A DNA stretch of 63,823 nt, filler included, from Welwitschia mirabilis (lineage: Eukaryota): assembly GCA_051453625.1 (NCBI GenBank). It is 5 parts of one record of this genome, joined end to end, with 100 filler letters (N's around TTAATTAATTAA, not from the genome) between each part and the next. Parts side by side here need not be neighbours in the genome. Positions count along the whole stretch, not along the records: positions 21,770 to 53,573 come from JBOZIK010000001.1; 4 more parts are not named here. The stretch is one strand, 5' to 3'. Under the pieces are notes generated by a model, which was not told the origin of the DNA, ran no database searches, and worked only from the letters and a program-made list of their open reading frames with translations. Below, one piece after another: positions 24,100-37,489 of the stretch. The number at the start of each line of letters is the position of its first letter. The first letter of the stretch is position 1. The position numbers and the translations under genes are program-made.

Positions 24100-27000
24100 T
24101 TTGACCCATCACCATTTCTAACTGGTGGTATTTTTTTAACTTATTATTGTCCACTAATTGTACTTATTAACTAATTTTTTAATGGTCAATTTACTAGCTC
24201 CCTATATTGGGAATGATACTTTCAACTTTCCAACCTTAATCCCTTACTAGTAAAACACGATAAGTTCCTAAAAGCTTGGTGCCATTACTCTTTCTTAGAT
24301 CCAAAAAATTGCATTACTACTTTCATTGAGGGACTCTACTTTCTAGGGTTCAATTAAGAGGTCATCGCCTCTTAGCTATTTCTCCCCTATCTTAAAAGGA
24401 AAATCTTAGTTTTGGAATTTGCGACTAACTTCCAACTATATCAGATCATGAAATGAACTAACAAAATCTTTTCTTTGTTAGGTTGGAGGAAAAATGGATT
24501 CAAATACACTATTACAATACTTTATGACCATCGAGAAGAAGCATACAAAGATAATAAGAGCATTTAATAATTATTTTTAGGTTATCTATGATCACCTCCC
24601 TGTGTAGTATAGGCCTTTTGCCTTCTAAGCTATGGTCGTGTATAAGGTAGCACTAGTTAGTATGATACATTTCTTTCTTGAATAAAGGCTTAATCCAAGT
24701 AGTTTGTAGGATATGATAAATAAGATTAACCATTTAGAGAGGCTTTTGTTAGTTTCACTCCAAAGACCATTTAAACTTAACTCATCTCGATCCCATGATT
24801 ATATCATCCATGAACATCATGTTTTTACTTATTATGACTCCCTATAATCCCACTAATACATAGACTCCATTGCCTCCTCAATGTTTGGCTTCTATTATGT
24901 TCATGAAAACCCCTTCCTTTTTGCCTTCTTTGGCTGCACCTAGCTCTTCATCCTCTTCAGCTAAAAATTCTCTTCCTTTACATTTGTTTTCTCCTTAGAC
25001 TAATATGTCCTCTACTTTAGAGACTAGAGTGAAGATAAAAGTACTTGGATGCATGCTAAGGAAGCTTACATAAGAGGGATCGAAGAAAAGTAAAATGATA
25101 AATGGAGTAGTAATTTACTAATACAAGATTGAATTCCAAACAATAATGCCCATCACCAGCAAAGAAATACTCTAATGTATTATTCATTCATGGTTGTCCA
25201 TTTCAATAGATAGCTAATCACTCAAGTGAAAATTATTAAGACCACCTTCACATGAAGGAAATCATAAAATCCTCTTATGATTCTATAGCCCCATTTGCAA
25301 ATTCTAAAAACATGTATTATTCTAACATCATAAACTTCTTAGGGAAAGTCGATATCACCTCCATTCATTATGAAAGTGAGAATGAGTATATCAATCTTAA
25401 GGAAGATGTGGTAGCTTATTAAACATCCATTTGTACTAGAAGATCTATAGCTATAAATAAAGAAGTCATAAAACTTGAATTAAATGAGGAAAATATTAAA
25501 ATTCTAAAGGAAATGAGAAGAAGTTAACCACTATGTCTATTCCACCTAATAAGAATTAGATACTTTCTGACTAGGATGCTTCTAATGACCCTCTATCACC
25601 TTGTAAGTATGAAAGATCTTAGGTTTTAGCTCTAATTAAGAATCCCTCAAAATTAACTATTAACGAAAATAAGAAGGCTAATTTATCATATGATGTTGTA
25701 GAAGGCCTAAGAAGTGTAAAGTGAACTTGTCTATCTTGGAAATCCATTAGACGAGCAAAGATTAGTGGAACAAGTTGACATAGGTATACATGTTCACAAA
25801 CATGTAGAGAGAAGAAGATTCACCTCTTAAAAAACATAGTAGAGTTCAAGGTAAAGGATACCATCTTAATTGCCAAGAAGAAGGTATCAACTTTCTTAGT
25901 TACCTTGCATATATTTGAAAAGACTGTTTACACTTCCTAATTGACTTAGAAGATTTTATCAATATACTTCCCTTTGAGGTAGCTAAGCTATTTGACCTAG
26001 TCCTAGAGTAATGAAGTAAGTTAATCATCTAACATAACCATAATAATGTTAAAGTCTAGGACATTCTCAAGGATGTTAAGATACAGCTAGCCTTAGGTGC
26101 CAGGGTCATGAGTGTCATAGATTTCTATATGAAAACATCTCAGCCTTCTATGATGCCATACTAAGTTAAATCTAGATAGATTTCCTTAATGCTTATATTT
26201 TTATTAATTAGTCTCATATATGGCTACCTTGAAAGGGAGTTCCTAATCACATTTTTATAGAATGGAAATATAATGTAATGGATTATGGTAAGGAGAAGAG
26301 AATTCTAGAAATTCTATTAGACATTCTAACCTTAGTACCTATCTCTATAACACTTAAGAAGTAGCATTAGAACCTGAAGCAAATTTAGACCCTTTAGCCA
26401 TTACCTCAAGTAAAGATACCTTGTGTGTTATTTGATGGATCCACTAATGCGTAAGATAGAGACATATGCATAGGCATAGAATTCCTAATGGAATACCACA
26501 TTTAAAAGGATTTGAAAATTGAATTTTTAGCATTGACTAACACTACTAGGTATGAGGCCCTAGTTCAGGCTCTAAATCATGCACTCATGAAGAAGGTAAG
26601 AAAAGTCAGAATTTTTGGAGATTATCACATTATAATTAATTAGGTTAAAGGTGGCTATCAAATACACATTCTCATGCTAAAGATGTATAAAGCAAGAGTT
26701 CTTAATCTTCTAGACTATTTTAAGGAGTGATCTCTAACTCAGATCCCATGAAGGAATAACTTATTAGTAGAAAAGGTAGTAGCCTTAGCTATAAAAGGAA
26801 CACTAATCAATGATCCTATAGTTAAAGAACTTTAGATCTAATCCTCATAGAGAAATCAGTCCTAAAGAGAATTACAGACCTTTAAGTATTTGAAGATATG
26901 AGTATATCCTAATATTTATACATAAACAAGTAAATTTTCAAAAATATATGTGGGATGAGAAAGAAGACTCAAAGAAGAATGGATACTTGACCAAGAATGA

Positions 27001-27290
27001 TGTGTTATAACTCCACAGTGAGAATATGATTATAGGATTTATCCAACTAGAAAATTTCTTTGACTCAAAGCTGGGAATTCCTTTTTCTCATAGCTATATG
27101 AATGAAAAAGTATAAGAGATAAACCTAGATCTCCCATAAGAACCTAAGATCATCAAGATCAGAAAGGTATGTTCTACATATGAAAGGCAAGTCATCCTAT
27201 CACTCTATCAAGAGTTTAAGGATGCCTTTACCTATTCATATGAAGGCCTAAGAAGATTTGACCTATAAATATTCAATAGTACCATTTCCT
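24100..27290 (+). pseudogene. pol: Tat-type gypsy gag-protease-archaeal RNase H-RT(N-terminus) pseudogene, truncated at RT
   Basis: Protease FLVTLHIFEKTVY..LID....INILPFEVAK (~25890-25990). aRH LFDGS...YEALVQAL..A...KVRKVRIFGDY.III N*VKGGY...L.QIP.RNN (26428-26790). Then VFED, QLENFFDS and EINLDLP*EPKIIKIRK...E...ILSLYQEFKDAFTYSYEGL (~27115-27250), the pre-RT region. Confidence 0.85.
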
Positions 27291-27299
27291 TCAAGGAAA

Positions 27300-30180
27300 G
27301 CACTAAGTCATTTAGGTAAAGAGAGAGAAGGATGAATATAGTACTAAATATACTAATTAGGAAGGAAGTTAATAAGCTATTTTACAAAGGCAAAGACAAT
27401 AAGTCCTCAGAGGAGTCAGAAGAAAAGGAAGCAAGAGCATCAGCTCTGTTTGACATAGAATATGACTTAGATAGGGTAGCAGACAATAAGTCCTTAGAGG
27501 AGTCTTCTGAAGATGAGGCATAGACTCAAGATGAGTACCAAACTTTTATAAAGATACATGTATAGGGAAAGCTGCAGGTTCTAGGTCCTCCTTAGTAGAG
27601 GCTAGTACCACAATAGATAAAGTCTAAGAGCTTAGATGCTTTACCTCTTATCTTTTATTGTCCTTGTCATGAAATTCCATTAGGTCATCTTACATAGTCA
27701 CCATTACCAATTGGACCCTCTTCACCAGCATGTGAATCGTCTCCACCTCTAGTTCGTCCACCATCATCATTACCATCTCACATAAAATTCATTTAGGTAG
27801 AACCACTCTTATTCATTTAACTTCTACCATCATTCATAGGGACTACCACTACTAGTGTTTTTGAGACATTTATCACTCCTCAAACATATCAATGCATGAG
27901 GAGATAAGTCTTTGAAGGTTTTGATAAGTCAACATAGTTCTTTTCTAGTAAAAGGGATACACCACCCCCCATTTCATCATTATCATACATCCAACAAGTG
28001 TCCATTACCCATGATAGTAATAATAGTAACAAAGAAGGCTAAGGTAAGTAGTGTGGTTCAGCTCTCAGTGATTAGAGCCTTTGTTTGATGTCCAAAAAAT
28101 ATGAGAAGAATATGATAAATCATTGACAAATCAATTAGATTCTATAGATTTTAGGTTGAGGATACTCTATTAGGTTTAAAGTTGTTGATTATAAGATTTT
28201 GAATTAGATCCATAAGTATCATAATTTGTATTAATGTTTCCTCCTTAATACTTGACTCACATTCATGTTATTTGACACTTTCTAATGTTTTAATTTGTTA
28301 ATTCATATCTTATGTTTGACACATTTCTCATGCTTGATATTATGCTTTTATTGGCACACTTTGGAATATGAAATACACTAATTATTTGGTAATTAAAATG
28401 CTTTCATATGATGATAAGACATTTCTTAATTACCTTGATGATTATTGATATTAGACTAAAGAGCACATTTATTTTGATATAGTATTGGCACACACTCCAT
28501 GTCCTAAAAATGGCACATTTCCATAAGTATATTGCAATGTTGAGATTATCAAATATTTTTGTGCTTGTTTTTTTAACATACATGTGTAAATGGAGAATAT
28601 AATAATTTATCATCCATTTTTGTATATTTTTCAAAATTGCTTAAGTAAATATAAAATGTATGTTATTCTAGTTCTTTAAGTGGTATATACATCTAAGTGA
28701 TTTTTCTGATTTTAAGTAGCACATATCATGATTATTAAAACTAGTAATTAATGTGAATTTATTTAGAATAAAATGTATAATTTTAATTAATTAGTTTAGA
28801 TTGCACTAATAAGATTTTCCAAGTTTTGGACATCATCAAAAAGAGGGAGATTGTTGGAAAATCTAGTTTTGATGATTTCACTTGTCAAAGATTTTATGTT
28901 ATTGTGTAGATAAGTCATTACAGGAAAATCAGATCTTGGTAAGATACTTGACCATAATGTATCTTCAAAGATAACATCTTATAAAAAGGATAATATGCTA
29001 AACTGTAAAATCATTTATTTGAAGACGTTTAAGAAATCGAAGATGTCTTGAGTAAAGAAGTCTAGAAAAGTGAAGATGTCTCAAATGTATATAGCTAAAA
29101 TAGGTAATAGAGTTAGTTTCATTTTTGAATAATATCTTACATTTCAAGTGAGCTATGAACTTGTACATCAAGGAATCATGATCAGAAAGATCCAAGGATA
29201 CTATAGTGCAAATTTCATTAGAATCTAGACAAGTTAACTCAAGATGTTTACAAAAGTGGACACATCTAGAATGAAGACGTCTAAAAAGTTCAAGATGTCT
29301 TAGACCAAAGCTCATGTTAATTAAAATTAAATTTATGTATCTAAATCATAGACATTAACTATCTATTATGCAGTGGTTATAGAATTAAATGGCTATCTTT
29401 CAAGCTCAAACAATTAGATCTACTTCAATTCCATAAATCCTCAACATTAAAAAATAAAGAACATTTTACAAATCTTAGAAAGCATGAGTAAAGGGAACCT
29501 CTTATGAAGAAATAAAAATATTTATTAGTAAGAAGCTATCATTGTTTTTATCTCTTAGATTTGGATCTTCATTGCTTCATTCTTTTTTCATACTCATGAC
29601 AACAACAAAAAATTTAAGGAGCTTATATCTTCATCAAATCAAATATTCAGGCTTGTTCTTTTATATATTCTTTAGTTTGTATTATGGACTATCTTATTGT
29701 TGAATAGTATTATAGAGTTCATATCTTAAAATATCAAATACTTTATAAGGTAATCCTTATAGGAGTGCACATTGGTAATTGTGATTTTAGGCACTTATTA
29801 AATGTAAGGTTATTAGATAGCTAGAAAACCATTATTTCCTTGTGTGGGAGAGTGTTGCCTTGCAAGAAGATTCTCATTATTATAAAGGTTCATGGTGCAC
29901 CTATGAAAACCACTATTCTCTTAAGGGGAAGAGAGTGCTACCTTGTGAGGAGACTCTCCTTTATTATAAGGTTGGTCGTGCACCAGAAAAACACAATTTC
30001 TTACAAGTCAAAAACATTTGAAGGTGTTAATAAAAGCCACCCTCTATGTATGGTTGTACCTAGGTTGGGAGACCATAATATTTGATAAGGTTTTTTATTA
30101 TGCTTATTATTCTTATTGAGTTTAATTTTTATTTGGTGGAAATCATCCACCTCTCTTCTCTGAGTTTAAATTAATTCTCA
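27300..30180 (+). mobile_element. 3' end of a SIRE/Maximus-like Ty1/copia element: env-like region, PPT and 3' LTR (28852-30180)
   Basis: CATCATCAAAAAGAGGGAGAT|TGTTGG PPT/LTR junction at 28831-28857. ATCCACCTCTCTTCT (decayed ATTCACCCCCCCTCT) near the CA end at 30180. Repeated AGACGTCT/AGATGTCT palindromes at 29020-29300. Acidic low-complexity ORF fragment at 27332-27523. Confidence 0.7.
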
Positions 30181-31599
30181 AAGCTTAACTAAGTAAGGCT
30201 CTCATTTTTCTACTATTTATACTAAGTATCTAGCTAACCCTTGATATGAAAGCGTTTACCATTACCTCATTGATAAATCCCTTTTAAAGCATGACTTCAT
30301 ATTATTTAGGAAGACATTTAGGAATAAGGATTTTAGATTCATGATCAAGAATGGATTTTTATTTTACAAAAACTATAATGACATCTAGCTTAGATGTGGT
30401 ACTCAAAATCAAGCATAGGACCTACTACAAGAATTCCATAATAAGATGAATAGAGATCATACTTTTGTAATGTTATTAGTGATGTAAATCATGTATGCAT
30501 GATATTATTGGCTTATTATGGTAAAAGATGCATATGTACATGATCAAACTTATGACATATACCAATTATTCATACCTAGGAATTATAATCCAACTATACC
30601 ACTCCTACTTCCTAATCTTTAAGATGTTATCTTTTACAAAGTAGGAACTGGACTTTATTTGTAAGATCGATCCTACTTCCTCTACACGTCACTTCTTCAT
30701 CCTAACTTATGACACTCTCTCTACTCTTATCCTAATTACGCACTATTTTTTTCACTTCTTTTCTTCTTTAATATTATTATCTAATAAACACAGTGAAACC
30801 TCAGACCAAATTTTGCTTAATCCTTTCTTTGCATTTTTATATTCTAAGAAAAACAAATGATATTAATATTATAAATTTACCTATAATTAATTTTTAGATT
30901 ATTTTGGTTTATAAACAATAGTGATTTCATAAGTTTGTGTCATCCATTTCCTCCAAGTTTTTCATCATATAAGAGATATATTATGTATAGTTAAGGAGAT
31001 GTAAACTTATTATCAATACACATGAATAAATTTTAAGGATACTACCTAACCAATATAATAAGAGGTTGCAACTCCAATTAATGGCATTTCAACTACCTAT
31101 CCAGCCATCCTTTAGACATGAGTTGATTTTATTTTGGGTTTTAAACTATATAAACATGATTAGAATCAACTCTGAAACATTTCACTTCACCTCGATATAC
31201 CTCCAATACAAGTGATAGATAGTATTTGAGATGGATGCATGCTTACAAATAACCCTTTCTTTCTTGAAGCATCTCATGATCATATAACATCATCCATTGC
31301 CATCAAGGGATCCAAGTATTAAGTTAGAGTAAGTTCATACATGGGTAGGATAAGAGAGTGATGATTAAGTCCACTTTCAGAAGGGTATTATAAAAACAAT
31401 GTAATGAAACCCACCTTGGTGATGAAATCCAAGTGTGGAAATGAACATTATTAAAATTATCTTGGTTTAGTCTTGTTTGATGAATACACCACACAAATGC
31501 ATGTAAACAACTCTAACTAATGTATATATTTAATGAAGTATTTAATTAGTTATATTAATTCTAATCATCATTTGGTTCATTTTATAGAAACAACTATAC

Positions 31600-34324
31600 A
31601 AAGAAAGCAAGTACATAAGAACATTTCTATTTTTAAGGTTATAATAATAAAACCTAGATAAAGAAAATATTCTTTTATTTTTATTTAAATAAAAGAAATA
31701 TTTGTTTTTATTTTAATAATAATAAAAATATTCAAAATGTATCAAATAACATCTTAATAAGATACTTAAAGAAACTAAAACATACTTGGAGCTATGCCAA
31801 TCCTAGAAACATTCTTCCATGCTCATATGACAATCTTCATGGATTGATGTAAAGACAATAAATGAAAAGAAAGTGTAGCTCAAGAATAATTGTTAAGATA
31901 TAAGTATTTATTTAAGATTCCATGTGGCTATATTATAAGTAAATAAAAATAAGTAACAAGCTAGAGGCTACTTATGTTAATTAAACTACTAAGATAAAAA
32001 CTCTTACAAGCATGCACATTTAAAGTAAGCTAAATAAAAAGAGAGAAGGAGATATTTTTAACAAATAAATACCATTTATAGATATTTTAACTTAAATTTA
32101 ATGATTAAAAAATATTTCATATACTCAATTTCCCTATAACAAGTTTGTGTAATAATGTTTCTATAATTTTAAACATTAACTATACCATTTTTGGGCTCTA
32201 AAGAGACATCATAGTTACAAATTAATAATTAATTAATTGGGAAGCAAAAAATAAATTTTAGTAGTTTTTTAGAAACCAGACACATAATTGGATTTTTAGA
32301 ATCTAACTTAACTATTTTAGAATTCTAAAAATATTATTTCTAAAGTTATCATTTAAGGGTAAAAACTATCAAAGTTTTTAAAACTATAGTCCTATAGAAC
32401 TACACTAAAATGATCATAACTTTCAAAATACCTTGAGTTTTTAAGTTGATTCAGGATGTTTTGAAATGCTTATTCAATTTCCTACAATGTAGGATGCTCA
32501 AATTTATAGGTATGTTAACAGAGAGGTATAGAAATGTAAATTACTTTCTTACTATTTTCTACATTTATTTTCTAATACATTTTAATAAATAATTTTTAAA
32601 AAAATAATTAGCCATTATAAAAAATTACTGGTTTTACATTTCCATGTTATAATACAATTCTAGACTTACAAAAAAAATTCAATAATTTATACCTACTAAT
32701 TAATAAGATATAATGTTTTTATTCCATGCCTCTATTCTAGAAATTTAATTTCAACTATAACAAAAATATGATAAAGTTTTTACAACTAGTTAAATAATAA
32801 CTTAGATCATTAAAAATGATAGATATACTAACCAATTACTTACAAAAAAATTAATTATAGGAAAAAAATCATTATATAAATAAAAGTAAAATCAATTCAA
32901 AAAGAACCATTTACTATGATCCTTGAGATTTTTCATGGAAGAGTACTAGCCTAAAGATATTTTTGAGGATTAGACTTTGCCCCTAATAAGATGGTCATAA
33001 TGCATAATAGATTAAAAATATAGAACTAAAATAAACATGAGTACTCAAATTTTGTTTCCTTTTTTTAAAAAAATAGTAAACTACATGATCACTTGGTCAT
33101 AATTATCCATTAATAATCCTTCATCACTAAGCACAAGAGACCCCTCATATCTCAGTATAACATCTTAGTGGGAGCCAATACGAGGGAATAATATTTTATA
33201 ACATAATTACATAAACGTCATAAATAATATTTTAATTAAATATCACTCATTCTCATAGAAAAATAAATCATATGAACAATATGAGTAAAATGCTTACTTG
33301 GGAAGATTAGTAAGACCTTCATAATTAAAGATTAATGAAGATCTAGGCTGAAGAGTTCCTTATCTCTAAGCTTCAAAGCAAGAGAATGAGAAAGAGAGAG
33401 AGAGAGAAAGAGGAATGTACTTGTATGAAATAAAAGGGAAGTATCTCCATTTACAAGAGAGGAAAGGATCTCTATATATAGATAAACAAAGGCACATAGC
33501 TCAATATCATAAGATTACATGATTTAGCATTGATAAATGGGATGCGTAATAAGTGACATTGGAGTATAAAAATAGGTTATAGTTATGACTCATGCATCTA
33601 CTATACTGAGTAATATTCTTGATTTAATTAACAAGATTAATTACATGCATCATTTTATCATACTAGCTCTTTTTAATCCTTCATAGACACATAAGTAAGT
33701 TTAATACATCCAAGTTTGTATCAAAAGAATAAATGCACAAACATCAAAATTGACATGTAGCACAATGTGATAAACTCTTTTTAATGAATAATTCAATGAA
33801 TATGCTATAACCAAAGTAACCTTAAACATATCAAGAATATAAAAGTCATGGTAGAGTAAATCTACTCATTTATCAGTCCTGGTTCTAGGTAAAAGTGCAT
33901 GTACTTATTCAAATTCTCATTTATTTCAAAATGCATAAAATCTATCAACACAGAACATAAGAAAGAAAATATTTGTTTATAATATAGTATACCGATCACA
34001 TTTACGAAGAATCTAAATAAGTAAATAAGATGCAAAATATATTATTATATCATCTTCTAATTTATTAGTTTTATCATGTGATTTTAATTTCTCACATAAT
34101 GGAACTATGTAATTTTAAATATTTAAATAGATTTTCTCATAAAACCTTTTAACATAATATTTATCATTCTCATGATAAATTATAAAGATTATGAACTAAG
34201 TTTAATTTTAAAATGACATCTTATTTGATAAGGAACTTAAATAAGGATAATTATTCATTTGATTGAAAACTTTAAATACTTATTATTCGAGTAAATAAGG
34301 TTTACAAAAATATGGGATATGACA
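31600..34324 (-). repeat. 3' LTR of a Tekay/Del chromovirus (distal end not defined)
   Basis: The minus strand begins TGTCATATCCC right after a PPT-like TAAGTGTAGGAGAA (34325-34338), downstream of a chromodomain. The left coordinate is a guess. Confidence 0.6.
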
Positions 34325-34399
34325 TTCTCCTACACTTAGATTAATTCACTCTTAGGAATCAAGATATATTAAAAAGATTAAGACCACCTAACTACATAT

Positions 34400-34790
34400 T
34401 ATGAAGTTTAAAAATATTTGGATATTGATTTTTCATTGTTTCCTTTAGCTCCTAAGTAACTTCATCAAGGCTATGATTACTTCACTTTATCTTCACTTTA
34501 TAGATCTTCCTATTTTATAAATTGATGGTTCATTAATCTAGCACTACTTCTAGATTCTAAAGTTGAATAATTTGGTTCCACCTAAATATGAGATCAACTT
34601 AATACATGAGAAGGATCTACAATATAATTTCTTAGCATATTTCCATGAAAAAAATTATGCATGTGCAATAATTAAGAGGGCGGAGCAAGCTTATATGTAA
34701 TAAGTCTAGGTCTTTTTAATATTTCAAATAGTCCAATGAATCGAGGAGCTAATTTAGATCTCTTAACTCCTCGTATTACCAATTTCATTG
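34400..34790 (-). pseudogene. pol: Tekay integrase C-terminus (GPY/F motif plus chromodomain)
   Basis: Minus strand reads SKLAPRFIGLFEILKR...YKLAPP....MHNFFH.NMLRK.Y.VDPSHV and KVKIK*SNHSLDEVT*ELKETMKNQYPNIF. Confidence 0.9.
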
Positions 34791-34799
34791 GAAAAAAGT

Positions 34800-35385
34800 A
34801 AACTCTCTTCTGTTTACCATCCCTAGTTTAACTGTTAGGCCAAGGTTACAAATAGGGAATTGAACTGAATTCTAACTAAAATAGTGAACACCAAAAGAAC
34901 TGACTAGGTCAATAAACTTACTGAAGCTTTATGGGCCTATAGGATAACTTAGAAAAACAATACCTATTTCATACCCTATGAGTTAGTCTATGATAAAAAG
35001 TAGCCTTACCTATTTAATTAATATTAACATTTTATAAATTAAGTAAATAATTAGATCACAATCTAGATAAAGCTAAAAAAATGGATTCAAAACATGAATA
35101 AGTTAGATGAAGATAGAAGAAAAGCCTAATAAGAAAGGAATTGATCTAAACATAAGTAAAATAATGGCATGATCATAATGTTTATTAAAGTAATTTTAAA
35201 ATTGAAGATAAAGTCTTGATTTTTGATCATTAATAGATATCCTCTAAACAAAAGTACACTAAAAATGAATAGAACTATATACTTTAATCAAAATTTTACC
35301 CAATAGAGTATTGGAAGTGTTTAATGAAGAAACAAAAGACATGTATTAAGTAAATGATCACAGAATCAAAACTTATATAAAAATA
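34800..35385 (+). pseudogene. pol: Athila-type integrase C-terminal half ('element 5')
   Basis: YHP...*AKVTNRELN.ILTKIVNTKRTD*VNKLTEALWAYRIT*KN..YFIPYELVY; LDEDRRKA; WHDH; VNDHRIKTY. Confidence 0.85.
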
Positions 35386-37489
35386 ATTTTTACTCTTAGA
35401 AGAAATGAGACAAACTTAGATGGTGGAAAGAATTCTACTCATATATCTTCCTCCACAGTCCTATATTAAATANNNNNNNNNNNNNNNNNNNNNNNNNNNN
35501 NNNNNNNNNNNNNNNNNNNNNNNNNNNNNNNNNNNNNNNNNNNNNNNNNNNNNNNNNNNNNNNNNNNNNNNNNNNNNNNNNNNNNNNNNNNNNNNNNNNN
35601 NNNNNNNNNNNNNNNNNNNNNNNNNNNNNNNNNNNNNNNNNNNNNNNNNNNNNNNNNNNNNNNNNNNNNNNNNNNNNNNNNNNNNNNNNNNNTAATAAAT
35701 AAATAAATAAAAGGATATACTCTTTGGCTTTTAAGAAAGACAAATAGATGTTATTTAGATTATAAGAATTTTTGCTTAGTAGGTGAAAGTATATCTCATA
35801 ATAATTAGTAAGACTTCAAAAGGGAAAAGTTACAAATAGTAAGAATGAGTTGATTATGAAGGAAAATAAAGATACCTATGCAATTATTTATCCTTTTATA
35901 TATGAAACAATTGAAAAAAAGGCAATATCCTATCATATGTATACCAGGGGCCTGTGGGAATGTAATAAGATAGCTATGAAAACTTCACTAAGGGATTAGT
36001 TGACCATGATCATAGTTTATAACTCTATAGGTCCTTATTCTTATGGTAGTGGTTGCACTCTCCCCATTGTAAAAATCTTTCTTAAAATAAAGGCTTTTTG
36101 ACTTGAAATTATAAAGAACAAAAATTACTCTCTAGGTTTTATCTAACAAGTGGTTAGTTTCCAATATTTTCTTCAAATCAAGTGAACCTCAAAAGAAAAA
36201 ATAAATATTTCATAGGATATCATTGATTTATTTTTAACATTTAAAACATTTAAATACATATATCTTTCTTCTACTTATCTTGAAGAAATAAATTTTTGTA
36301 AAGATAAAAGAACTTGACATTTAATAGATTTTTATAATTTGACATAACAAAAATGAGTACTAAAATTAAAGAAGTTGAACCTTATAATAAAATAATTTTA
36401 TTGCATGATGTAGATAATAATAATACTTATGTTTTATTTTTCAAATAAAAAGAGTTTTATTTAGGAAATACATTTATTTTGAAAAACATTAGGTATAGAA
36501 AAATAAACAACAACTAAAGAGAAAAGGTAAAATAATTGAAACTCAATCTCTTGAATCTCAGAAAAACTGATCCCTATATTTATTCTTCCTCCTAGACTTC
36601 CTTTGACTAGAAGTTTCTATGGGAGGAAGCAAATGCAAGTAGTGTAAGAAGTTAGTAAGAATCCTAATCTCTACACCATGGGCATTTCAATAGTTTTGAT
36701 AAGCTGAGTCATTCTAGGGTCCATATCTTTTCAGGTAATCCTCATTAAAAAGAGAGTAAAAAGGCTCAGTGTTAGAGTATTACCTCTAGTCTACCATACA
36801 TGTCACTCTAGATTATGAATTTAACTTACAAACCATCCTAAAGATGCATCATACCTATTAGACTCATCATTTAGAGTAGAACATAGCTCAATAACATGAA
36901 TTCTTAAATACTCTATACATAGGTGATGAACCATAAAGCCAAAGTAAGGTGGAATCTCTCCATGGCTAAATTGATTCCTACCATTCTTTCAGAAGATGTC
37001 ATCCAAGGAATTGAATACCTTAGAAGCTATGTTATAGGAAGAAATGTCAGAAGTGTAAACATTTTAAACAAAGATTTGAGGAAAAGCATAATTTAAACTC
37101 ATCATATTCATCTCTATCTGTAGGAATCCTAAGCTAAAAAAGTACCACTTATATTTTTTCACAGGAGGAGGAGTAGTAGAAGGTATGGGAAGATTGTTAG
37201 AACTAAAAGCCAATTGTAATATAAGTGTCAAGAGAACTGGATTTAGTTTGGGAAGTGTGGTTGTGAGCATTTATTTAGGATATTATACTATACATGTACC
37301 TGGAAAATAACAATAAGTAAAATCATTCATAATTTTAAGTTTGAGTGAGTCTTAAATGCACTTGATTTATTGAATTTTTAATCCATTAGAGGATATTTGT
37401 TTAATCTAGAAAATCTTAGATCAAAATTTGCTTCATCCAATTGAACTTAAATGTCATGCCTTACAACTAATCCCAACCAGCTTCATAAA

